Shown here one piece after another: positions 21,803 to 35,000 of a stretch of 64,000 bases of DNA; the stretch's first letter is position 1, and each line of letters starts with the position of its first letter. Below the pieces are notes generated by a model. It was not told the DNA's origin. It saw nothing but the letters and a program-made list of their open reading frames with translations, and did not search any database. The stretch is from Octopus sinensis (lineage: Eukaryota), in NCBI RefSeq assembly GCF_006345805.1, contig NC_043004.1, positions 79,484,001-79,548,000 on the forward strand, read 5' to 3'. A program made the translations under genes and the position numbers.

Positions 21803-24800
21803 TTGCGTGTCTGTGTTTGTCCCCAACCATCGCTTGACAACCGATGTTGGTATGTTTACGTCCTCGTAATCTAGCATTTCGGTAGAAGAAACCGATAAAA
21901 TAAGTACGAGGTTTACAAAGAATAAGTCCTGGGGTTGATTTGTTTGACTAAAGATGGTGCTCCAGCATGGCCGCAGTCAAATGCCCAACAAATAAGAAAA
22001 TATGTGCGTATGTGTGTGTTTGTATATGTCCCTCACCATCGCTTGACAACCAGTGTTGGTGTGTGTTTACGTCCATGTAACCTAGTGAGTCGACTAAAAA
22101 GACCAACAGAATAAGTACCAGGCTTTACCAAAAAATAAGTCCTGGGGTCGATTCAAAATTCTTCAAGGTGGTGCCCCAGCATGGCCGCAGTCTAATGACT
22201 GAAACAAGGAAAAGATAAAAAATATATTATGTCTTGTGATGAAGCTGCGTGGAAATAAATAGGGACAATTGTTTATTTCTGTTCTATCATTCACTTGTTT
22301 TTTATTTTTAAGCCTGTACTTATTTTATCGCGGTTTTTACCGAACCGCTAAGTTACAGAGACGTAAACACACCAACGCCGGTTGTCAAGCGGTGGTAGGA
22401 AACAGATATAAAGCCACTCATGTGTGTGTGCGTGCGTGTATGTCTGTGTGCGTGCGTGTGTGTGAGAGAGAGACAGAGAGAGTCTGCACGACGGCTTCTT
22501 TCAGTTTCCGTTTCGCATAAGGTAAAAGAAACTTGACGAAGGTACCATGCTGCAGGACTGAACCTAGAACTATGTGGTTGGTGTGAAACAAACTTCTTAC
22601 TACACAGCCACGCCTGTGCCTATACTTGTAGCCGTGGTTTGCTACCAAGAACTGAATTTGGGGCTTTTGGAAAAGAACTGAAATTTTATCGTTAGACATT
22701 TACAACACGAATAAAATAAACACGTTTTGTTTTTTTTATCCGTCATGCTGGTAACACGAGAGGCGCCTGTGCCAGTGACACGTAAAACCCACCAAGTACA
22801 CTCTGTAAAGTGATTGGTATTAGGAAAGGCATCCAGCCATAGAAGCCAAGCCAAAATGGATGACTGGAGCCCACTTCAGCTCCCTGGCTTACTAGTCCTC
22901 GTCAAACCATCTAACATAGTGGTTCCCAAAGTGGACAGTACGTCTCCCTTGGAAACGGTGGAACGATCCAGGGGAGGAAAGTGGGATGATAATGGTGTGA
23001 CCAAAATGGAGTGATAGATGTAAAAAAAAAAATATTGATAGGTTAATTAGGTTTAAGTTTTATTTGTGAAATACGGTTGTTTTGAATTTGCTGCAGAAAG
23101 GTGGTCTATGTTTGCGGTGAGGTGGGGGCGCTAGGAATGTGGCTTGGGTGCCGAGGAGGCGGCAGCCTGGAAAAGTTTAGGAACTGCTGATCGAACGCAT
23201 GCCAGCTTAATTTTTTGAGTTAGACCCTGCTCTCTCTCTCGGGATTCAGCTGGGCTTGTCTTGCTACATGGTCATGACACCTCACTGAGATGAGGAACTG
23301 AATGAGACTTGCTCAGGAGGACCTGAGAATATATCGGTAAATGATGTATGCAACGGTTCATGACCTCCACACCTGACTTAAATTTAACATCTTTTGGAAA
23401 CGACTTCACATTTTCTCCTTCTGGAATTGGTAAATAAATAATTGTGATACACTCCTGCTTTTCTCCTTTGACCCTTTAGCATTCAGATTATCCTGTCAAA
23501 TGTAATGCTTATTTATTCCTCATTGTCTTGAATTAATCATGCATCATCTCATAGCTTTGAGATTTCAATGACGTTGTTGTTTATTCTTACAATGACATTA
23601 CTTGGCAGGCATGAGGGGCCAAATCTGACCGGTTTGAACATATTTAGGTCGGATATGGCCAATTTAAATGCTAAAGGGTTAGATTTTTCTGGTTTATTGC
23701 CAAAGTGAGACATCAATATTAACAATAGTTTCCAGGCTGCACCAGAAGTTATCTTGACAGGCTAAATCTTCTTGAAAATTACATTAAGAATACTTATCCA
23801 TGTAAATACTCAGCTATACAGACGTTAATTCAGGAGCAGATAACTCAGTCAATCAAATAATGAGGATCCACCACTATTCTTGCCTTCTGTCAAGTATTTT
23901 TACTACAGAAATGTGTTGTCTGTGACATTAATCCTCTAAAAACTGTCTTCAGAATATTGATTCCATTTTATAGTGATAACAGTGCTGGTGTAGTATATGA
24001 TTTACAGCAACTTAAATCTAGACTATCTACATTCCAAATTTTGTTATTAATTTGCAATTATAATTAGGGAAGTGAGTTAAACATTTATATCTCCATGGTC
24101 ATCAAGGAGTTCATAGCATCAGAGAAATTCTATTGCAGCTTCTTCATCTCAAAATAACCTGTGTGTAAAATTCTTTTGCTCTCATCTCGACTTCTTTTAA
24201 CGGGCTAAAAGTGTTTAAATTATAAAAGTTTTTTTGGTTTATATACCAAACCAACAAACTGGAAGTTGAGTAAAAAGATGAATTTTAAATGTCGATCAAA
24301 AAGTTGGTGTAGTTCAGAGTATACCATTTGAACTAATGTAGATCACAACCTATGCCAGAAACATGTATGTAGATCACATACTACAAAGGCACCCACACAC
24401 ATATATCATGACTCGTACACTGTTCACTTACCTGACTTTTGTAGATAATTCTATTTACTATATATGTACCTTTGATGAGTTGTAGCGCACCTGAGCACTG
24501 CACACAATAATTTCATTATCATTATTATTATTATTACAGTCCTCAGGTGCACTACAGTTCATCAGAAAATATTGCCAAAAGTGCATCAACAGTACATAGA
24601 ATATTCTTTTCTCCTCTAGGCACAAGGCCCAAAATTTTTGGGAAGGGGGCCAGTCAATTAGATAGACTCCAGTACACAACTGGAACTTAATTTATTAACT
24701 CCGAAAGGATGAAAGGCAAAGTTGACCATGGTGGAATTTGAACTCAGAAATACCCCTAAGCATTTCACCCAGCGTGTTAACATTTCTGCCAGCTTGCTGT

Positions 24801-26062
24801 CTTAGTATGTAGAATAATTCACAGAAAATGAACAGCGAATGAGTTGTTTAAGAAGAAAAAAGTGGGGTGAGGGGCATCAGGTGTGCTGGTGGGGAATTTC
24901 AGGAAGCATGGAAGATTTGAAGGATGCAGTGTTCTGACAGTTAACAACTGATGCGAGTAGTTCATTCCACGCTTCAGCAATTCTGAGTGTGAAAAAAATG
25001 TTTCCAAATGTGGTGGGTGTTGTGTTGTTTTTGAATTTTATAAGTATGTCCATGAGTGTCAGACATATGGAATTCAAAAACTTGCCCAAGGTTGTTGTAG
25101 GGAAAATGGTGGATAATCTTGTGGGGGAAGTGAAAGTACATGGCTGAGGTGTTCAGGTGTTGTACTCATGATCGCAAGACCGTGGTTTCATTTCCTGGAC
25201 TCAGTGATGCATTGTGTTCTTGAGCAAAACACTTCATTTCACATGACTCCAGTCCACTCAGCTGTAATGAGTCCAACCCTGCAATTGACTGGTGTCCCAT
25301 TCATGGGAAATGTTGAGATCTTGATCCCTTATACACCATGGGTAATGGATAACTGCCCCTACATGTCCTACAACTTGAGGCAATAATATCCAGTGGTCAA
25401 TGGTGATGATAATATATTAACATGGGTGTTAATCTTAAGGATTGAAGAAGAGGCAGAAAAGATAAGAAGGGAGAAATATAAAGGGGAGAAAGAGAGAGTG
25501 AGTGTGGTGCTCTAAGTTGACAAAAATGGTGGGGAATGGTCAAGAGGGAAATGTAATCCCTTTAAGTAAAGAGTTTCCCAAATGTCTGTTATGGTGATTC
25601 CAGTGATGGAGATTTTACTGAAATAAGGCACAGGTATGGCTGTGTGGTATGAAGTTTGCTTCCCAACCACATGGCTTGGGGTTCAGTCACACAGCATGGC
25701 ATCTTGGGTAGCAAGTGTCTTTTACTATAGCCTTGGGACGACCAAACAGTTGTGAGTAGATTTGGTAAACAGAAACTGAATGAAGCCCATTTTATTTATA
25801 TATTTATATTTATATTTATATATATAAAATACAAAATGGGACAAGAACGCAAAACGTCCAGAAGACGATGCAAAAAACATGGATGGGTCATTCGAAGCCT
25901 TTAATCTTCAGTCAAGAGCCGGATCATCCTCGCAATTTCGGCTAATTAATCTTGAGATTGCTCCAATCTGGCCAGCCTCAAGGAAAAACTAAGCTAAGAG
26001 CATTAGATTTCTTGGAAAAAAAAGCTTCGAATGTATATGAAACAAGGACGGAAAAACCGACA

Positions 26063-26093
<31 letters not shown>

Positions 26094-29000
26094 ATATATA
26101 ATGAAATGGGCTTCATTCAGTTTCTGTTTGGCTAAATGTCAGCTCATTACAGCTATTTCTTATGCATTTTTAATAGAAGAACGAGTACATTACATCATTT
26201 CAAAACAATAGAATATCCCAAGAACACAGAACATGCCTGAAGCTGACCGTGTTTCTTGGAATATTCTATTGTTTATAAATTATGTTTCATCTTATGATTA
26301 TGGTGTTTTGAAGTGATGTAATGTACTCGTTCTTCTATTAAAAAATGCATAAGAAACATCTGTAATGAGCTGACATTTATCCATTCTTTGTTATATTATT
26401 CATTTGCTTAAAATACAGCATAGGGATTGACAACACATTGGACACCATGGAGTATACCAAACAATGTATGATCAACACATGTTCTCTGGACCAGCCCCTA
26501 GGCACTAAATACTCATAAGGGTGATTTTCTCTGTGTATACAACTGGAATATCCTAGTGGATATTTAATCAACTGTAGGTGGTAACCACAGGTTTATCCAA
26601 CCCTACCTTTAAGTATCTGATTCTATCAAGAATCCTTATTTATTATATGTGTGTGTGTGTCATTGTGTTTGCGTCTGTTTGTCTTGACAACTTGTGATGG
26701 TTGTGAATGAGTGTTACCATCATGCAAGCAGTTACATTCATTTCCAGTTTTCTGGGAAATCCTGTCTGGTCACTAGGAAATGTTATCCTCGCTTGGAAAC
26801 GGGAGGATTGGTGACAGGAAGGGCACAGAAAATCTGCCTCAACACTTTGTCCAACCCATGCAAGCATGAAAAAGCAGGCATTAAATGTGACGAAGATACA
26901 GCAGCAGCTCTATTCAACCAAAAATTATGTCCAGAAATTGTTTGTTTCTTGTAATAATATTCTTTTTTCTTTTTAAACAGTGGAACACAATTATCCGAGC
27001 GTTCAAACATGGTATGCCTATTGGCCGACGCCGACGTTACATGAAGGTTTACGATAAAGCTTTTACTGCCACAGAAGCACTAGAATGGATGCATAAGTAT
27101 TTGAAGAGCAACCCTAATTTTGGTTCAGACATTACCAAGTGAGAACAATCTTTTATTTATTTATTCATTTAAACCCAACTCAACAGTATTTTTTGCTTAA
27201 GATCATCAATATCAGGGGTGGTGGGGTATGTCGGTTACAAAAACAGCCCTTCAAGCTTGGAGAGGAATACCTTCAACAGTAGACTACAGTTTATGACTGT
27301 CCTCATATCTTCAGACAATAAACCTGACCTTTTAAGGTGGTGAGCTGGCAGAAACATTAGCATGCCAGGCGAAATGCTTAGCAAGTATTTTGTCTGTCAC
27401 TGTTCTGAGTTCAAATTCCGCCAAGGTCAACTTTGCTTTTCATCCTTTCGGGGTCGATTAAACAAGTACCAGTTATTTACTGGGTCGATATAATCGACTT
27501 AATCTGTTTGTCTGTCCTTGTTCGTCCCCTCTGTGTTTAGCCCCTTGTGGGTAGTAAAGAAATAAGTATTTTGTCTCTGAGTTCAAATTTCACTGAGTTT
27601 GATTTTGCCATTCATCCTTTTGAGGTTGATAAATCAAGTACCAGTTGCATTCTGAGGTTGATCTAATTGAACGGCTCCCTCCACCAAAATTTCAGGCTTT
27701 GTGCCTTGAGTAGAAAAGAATAAACCTGACCTTTTCCTTAATGACTGATCATCTTCAGAGATTTCTTGAAACTTGAGATTATCTCCCCTTTTCAATTGGG
27801 ATTCATCTTGACTACCATGTGGCAGTAGTAGTACATCCTTGAGAGGAGAGATTATTGTAATAAACGAAGGATTTATGTTTTATGGCATTTGATATACCTG
27901 CATTTTTTATGTTGTTCAAATACATGCCACTGGCCACCTTGAGCTATTTCTCTAATCCTATTTTTGTTAAAATTTATCCTATATTAATCCTTTTATTAGT
28001 TTAACTATTTAGCATTGAAACCGGCCATATTTGTCCCTGTTTTATACTTAAACCAGCCAGAACTGACCTCTCACGACTATCCTAGAATTTCAGTCTAAAA
28101 ATAAGCAATCACTTCATCAAAAGCTCAAAGCTCCAAGATAATACATGATTAATTCAGAACAATGTAAATTAATGTGCATCACATTTGACTGAGTAATCTG
28201 AATGTTAAAGCGTTAAAGACAAAATTTTATTATTTTGAAATCAAAATCGATCAAAAATCAATGGAAATTGCAGTTGTGATACCAGTGCTGGTAGCATGTA
28301 AAAGAACCATCCGAACGTGGCCATTGCCGGTGCTGCCTCGACTGGTTTCTGTGCCAGTGGCACGTAAAAGGCACCCACTACACTCACGGAGTGGTTGGCA
28401 TTATGAAGGGCATCTAGCTGTAGAAACACTGCCAGATTAGACTGGGTCTGGTGCAGCCTCCTGACTTCCCAGACCCCAGTCGAACCATCCAACCCATGCT
28501 AGCATGGAAAGTGGATGTTAAATGATGATTTTCTTTTTTCTTTTTTAAATGATTTAATTTTTGAAATATACTCTAAGTTATCCATTTGGAATACCTAAAA
28601 TAACTTATTTCAATAGATATTTGGCCCTTTTAATACCAACTAGCCTAGGACCTCCCTGGATCTCTAATACAAACTTCTTGTTTTAAAATCATCTAAATTA
28701 TAACTTACGCTCAAAATTTCATGTTAATTTATGTTAATTTCATGTTAATTTATGCTCCAAACGCCAGCTTAATAACGACAAAGTTATTTTACTAAATTCT
28801 TGACCATTTTAAAAATTAGCTGAACCAAAGATAGTGTATTTGGCCATAAATAAGATATCAAAAGGGTTAAATATGCTACCTGAACAATAGATGTAACCTG
28901 TTTTTTCTATTAAGTAAACAATTTTAAAACTTCAATGATATTTCCCAATAGTCTGCTTATTGCTTCATTGTTCGTATTCTAAAAGTACAAGGAATGTGCC

Positions 29001-32000
29001 AGTCTCCCAAAGGCACTGCCATATTCCTTGATTCATTAGTATATTAGCATTGAGTCATTTGGTTGTTTTAGCATCAGTTTTTCCATGCTAGCATGGGTTT
29101 GATATTTGATCAAGGCATCATTTTACAGTTGGTGCTGGTTCCACATATAAAGCTCCCATGCTGGTGCTACATAAAGAGCACTGGTGCTGGTACCATGTAA
29201 AAATCACCCGATGCACTCTGTAAAGTGGTTAGCGTTACAATGCCAAGACTATGGAGCTTAGTCTGGATCCCGGCCACTGACTTTGCCAGCTTCTGTCAAA
29301 CTGTCCAACCTATGACCGCATGGAAAATGGACATTGATGATGATGATGATGATGATGCCCCTCTTGTTTTTACCCTCCCTTTGTAAGGGACAGGAACAAC
29401 AACATTGATGATGATGATGATGCCCCTCTTGTTTTTACCCTCCCTTTGTAAGGGACAGCAACAACAACATTGATGATGATGATGATCCCCTCTTGTTTTT
29501 ACCCTCCCTTTGTAAGGGACAGCAACAACAACATTGATGATGATGATGATGCCCCTCTTGTTTTTACCCTCCCTTTGTAAGGGACAGCAACAACAACATT
29601 GATGATGATGATGATGCCCCTCTTGTTTTTACCCTCCCTTTGTAAGGGACAGCAACAACATTGATGATGATGATGATGCCCCTCTTGTTTTTACCCTCCC
29701 TTTGTAAGGGACAGAACAACAACATTGATGATGATGATGATGCCCCTCTTGTTTTTACCCTCCCTTGTAAGGGACAGCAACAACAACATTGATGATGATG
29801 ATGATGCCCCCTTGTTTTTACCCTCCCTTTGTAAGGGACAGCAACAACAACATTGATGATGATGATGATGCCCTCTTGTTTTTACCCTCCCTTTGTAAGG
29901 GACAGCAACAACAACATTGATGATGATGATGATGCCCCTCTTGTTTTTACCCTCCCTTTGTAAGGGACAGGAACAACAACATTGATGATGATGATGATGC
30001 CCCTCTTGTTTTTACCCTCCCTTTGTAAGGGACAGCAACAACAACATTGATGATGATGATGAGCCCCTCTTGTTTTTACCCTCCCTTTGTAAGGGACAGC
30101 AACAACAACATTGATGATGATGATGATGCCCCTCTTGTTTTTACCCTCCCTTTGTAAGGGACGGCAACAACAACATTGATGATGATGATGATGCCCCTCT
30201 TGTTTTTACCCTCCCTTTGTAAGGGACAGCAACAACAACATTGATGATGATGATGATGCCCCTCTTGTTTTTACCCTCCCTTTGTAAGGGACAGCAACAA
30301 CAACATTGATGATGATGATGATGCCCCTCTTGTTTTTACCCTCCCTTTGTAAGGGACAGCAACAACAACATTGATGATGATGATGATGCCCCTCTTGTTT
30401 TTACCCTCCCTTTGTAAGGGACAGGAACAACAACATTGATGATGATGATGATGCCCCTCTTGTTTTTACCCTCCCTTTGTAAGGGACAGCAACAACAACA
30501 TTGATGATGATGATGATGCCCCTCTTGTTTTACCCTCCCTTTGTAAGGGACAGCAACAACAACATTGATGATGATGATGATGCCCCTCTTGTTTTACCCT
30601 CCCTTTGTAAGGGACAGGAACAACAACATTGATGATGATGATGATGCCCCTCTTGTTTTTACCCTCCCTTTGTAAGGGACAGCAACAACAACATTGATGA
30701 TGATGATGATGCCCCTCTTGTTTTACCCTCCCTTGTAAGGGACAGCAACAACAACATTGATGATGATGATGATGCCCCTCTTGTTTTTACCCTCCCTTTG
30801 TAAGGGACAGCAACAACAACATTGATGATGATGATGATGCCCCTCTTGTTTTTACCCTCCCTTTGTAGGGACAGCAACAACACATTGATGATGATGATGA
30901 TGCCCCTCTTGTTTTTACCCTCCCTTTGTAAGGGACAGGAACAACAACATTGATGATGATGATGATGCCCCTCTTGTTTTTACCCTCCCTTTGTAAGGGA
31001 CAGCAACAACAACATTGATGATGATGATGATGCCCCTCTTGTTTTTACCCTCCCTTTGTAAGGGACAGCAACAACAACATTGATGATGATGATGATGCCC
31101 CTCTTGTTTTTACCCTCCCTTTGTAAGGGACAGCAACAACAACATTGATGATGATGATGATGCCCCTCTTGTTTTTACCCTCCCTTTGTAAGGGACAGCA
31201 ACAACAACATTGATGATGATGATGATGCCCCTCTTGTTTTTACCCTCCCTTTGTAAGGGACAGCAACAACAACATTGATGATGATGATGATGCCCCTCTT
31301 GTTTTTACCCTCCCTTTGTAAGGGACAGCAACAACAACATTGATGATGATGATGATGCCCCTCTTGTTTTTACCCTCCCTTTGTAAGGGACAGCAACAAC
31401 AACATTGATGATGATGATGATGCCCCTCTTGTTTTTACCCTCCCTTTGTAAGGGACAGCAACAACAACATTGATGATGATGATGATGCCCCTCTTGTTTT
31501 TACCCTCCCTTTGTAAGGGACAGGAACAACAACATTGATGATGATGATGATGCCCCTCTTGTTTTTACCCTCCCTTTGTAAGGGACAGCAACAACACATT
31601 GATGATGATGATGATGCCCCTCTTGTTTTACCCTCCCTTTGTAAGGGACAGGAACAACAACATTGATGATGATGATGATGCCCCTCTTGTTTTTACCCTC
31701 CCTTTGTAAGGGACAGCAACAACAACATTGATGATGATGATGATGCCCCTCTTGTTTTTACCCTCCCTTTGTAAGGGACAGCAACAACAACATTGATGAT
31801 GATGATGATGCCCCTCTTGTTTTTACCCTCCCTTTGTAAGGGACAGCAACAACAACATTGATGATGATGATGATGCCCCTCTTGTTTTTACCCTCCCTTT
31901 GTAACGGACAGCAACAACAACATTGATGATGATGATGATGCCCCTCTTGTTTTTACCCTCCCTTTGTAAGGGACAGCAACAACAACATTGATGATGATGA

Positions 32001-35000
32001 TGATGCCCCTCTTGTTTTTACCCTCCCTTTTTAAGGGACAGGAACAACAACATTGATGATGATGATGATGCCCCTCTTGTTTTTACCCTCCCTTTGTAAG
32101 GGACAGGAACAACAACATTGATGATGATGATGATGCCCCTCTTGTTTTTACCCTCCCTTTGTAAGGGACAGGAACAACAACATTGATGATGATGATGATG
32201 CCCCTCTTGTTTTTACCCTCCCTTTGTAAGGGACAGGAACAACAACATTGATGATGATGATGATGCCCCTCTTGTTTTTACCCTCCCTTTGTAAGGGACA
32301 GCAACAACAACATTGATGATGATGATGATGCCCCTCTTGTTTTTACCCTCCCTTTGTAAGGGACAGGAACAACAACATTGATGATGATGATGATGCCCCT
32401 CTTGTTTTACCCTCCCTTTGTAAGGGACAGGAACAACAACATTGATGATGATGATGATGCCCCTCTTGTTTTTACCCTCCCTTTGTAAGGGACAGGAACA
32501 ACAACATTGATGATGATGATGATGCCCCTCTTGTTTTTACCCTCCCTTTGTAAGGGACAGGAACAACAACATTGATGATGATGATGATGCCCCTCTTGTT
32601 TTTACCCTCCCTTTTTAAGGGACAGGACAACAACATTGATGATGATGATGATGCCCCTCTTTTTTTTGCCCTCCCTTTGTAAGGGACAGGAACAACAACA
32701 TTGATGATGATGATGATGCCCCTCTTGTTTTTACCCTCCCTTTGTAAGGGACAGCAACAACAACATTGATGATGATGATGATGCCCCTCTTGTTTTTACC
32801 CTCCCTTTGTAAGGGACAGCAACAACAACATTGATGATGATGATGATGCCCCTCTTGTTTTTACCCTCCCTTTGTAAGGGACAGCAACAACAACATTGAT
32901 GATGATGATGATGCCCCTCTTGTTTTTACCCTCCCTTTGTAAGGGACAGGAACAACAACATTGATGATGATGATGATGCCCCTCTTGTTTTTACCCTCCC
33001 TTTGTAAGGGACAGGAACAACAACATTGATGATGATGATGATGCCCCTCTTTTTTTACTCCCTCCTTTGTAAGGGACAGCACAACAAACATTGATGATGA
33101 TGATGATGCCCCTCTTGTTTTACCCTCCCTTTGTAAGGGACAGGAACAACAACATTGATGATGATGATGATGCCCCTCTTGTTTTTACCCTCCCTTTGTA
33201 AGGGACAGGAACAACAACATTGATGATGATGATGATGCCCCTCTTGTTTTTACCCTCCCTTTGTAAGGGACAGCAACAACAACATTGATGATGATGATGA
33301 TGCCCCTCTTGTTTTTTACCCTCCCTTTGTAAGGACAGAACAACAACATTGATGATGATGATGATGCCCCTTTGTTTTTACCCTCCCTTTGTAAGGGACA
33401 GCAACAACAACATTGATGATGATGATGATGCCCCTCTTGTTTTTTACCCCTCCTTTGTAAGGGACAGGAACAACAACATTGATGATGATGATGATGCCCC
33501 TCTTGTTTTTACCCTCCCTTTGTAAGGGACAGCAACAACAACATTGATGATGATGATGATGCCCCTCTTGTTTTTACCCTCCCTTTGTAAGGGACAGCAA
33601 CAACAACATTGATGATGATGATGATGCCCCTCTTGTTTTTACCCTCCCTTTGTAAGGGACAGCAACAACAACATTGATGATGATGATGATGCCCCTCTTG
33701 TTTTTACCCTCCCTTTGTAAGGGACAGGAACAACAACATTGATGATGATGATGATGCCCCTCTTGTTTTTACCCTCCCTTTGTAAGGGACAGCAACAACA
33801 ACATTGATGATGATGATGATGCCCCTCTTGTTTTTACCCTCCCTTTGTAAGGGACAGCAACAACAACATTGATGATGATGATGATGCCCCTCTTGTTTTT
33901 ACCCTCCCTTTGTAAGGGACAGCAACAACAACATTGATGATGATGATGATGCCCCTCTTGTTTTTACCCTCCCTTTGTAAGGGACAGCAACAACAACATT
34001 GATGATGATGATGATGCCCCTTTGTTTTTACCCTCCCTTTGTAAGGGACAGGAACAACAACATTGATGATGATGATGATGCCCCTCTTGTTTTTACCCTC
34101 CCTTTGTAAGGGACAGGAACAACAACATTGATGATGATGATGATGCCCCTCTTGTTTTTACCCTCCCTTTGTAAGGGACAGCAACAACAACATTGATGAT
34201 GATGATGATGCCCCTCTTGTTTTTACCCTCCCTTTGTAAGGGACAGCAACAACAACATTGATGATGATGATGATGCCCCTCTGTTTTTACCCTCCCTTTG
34301 TAAGGACAGCAACAACAACATTGATGATGATGATGATGCCCCTCTTGTTTTTACCCTCCCTTTGTAAGGGACAGGAACAACAATTGATGATGATGATGAT
34401 GCCCCTCTTGTTTTACCCTCCCTTTGTAAGGGACAGGAACAACAACATTGATGATGATGATGATGCCCCTCTTGTTTTTACCCTCCCTTTGTAAGGGACA
34501 GAACAACAACATTGATGATGATGATGATGCCCCTCTTGTTTTTACCCTCCCTTTGTAAGGGACAGCAACAACAACATTGATGATGATGATGATGCCCCTC
34601 TTGTTTTTACCCTCCCTTTGTAAGGGACAGCAACAACAACATTGATGATGATGATGATGCCCCTCTTGTTTTTACCCTCCCTTTGTAAGGGACAGCAACA
34701 ACAACATTGATGATGATGATGATGCCCCTCTTGTTTTTACCCTCCCTTTGTAAGGGACAGCAACAACAACATTGATGATGATGATGATGCCCCTCTTGTT
34801 TTTACCCTCCCTTTGTAAGGGACAGCAACAACAACATTGATGATGATGATGATGCCCCTCTTGTTTTTACCCTCCCTTTGTAAGGGACAGCAACAACAAC
34901 ATTGATGATGATGATGATGCCCCTCTTGTTTTTACCCTCCCTTTGTAAGGGACAGCAACAACAACATTGATGATGATGATGATGCCCCTCTTGTTTTTAC

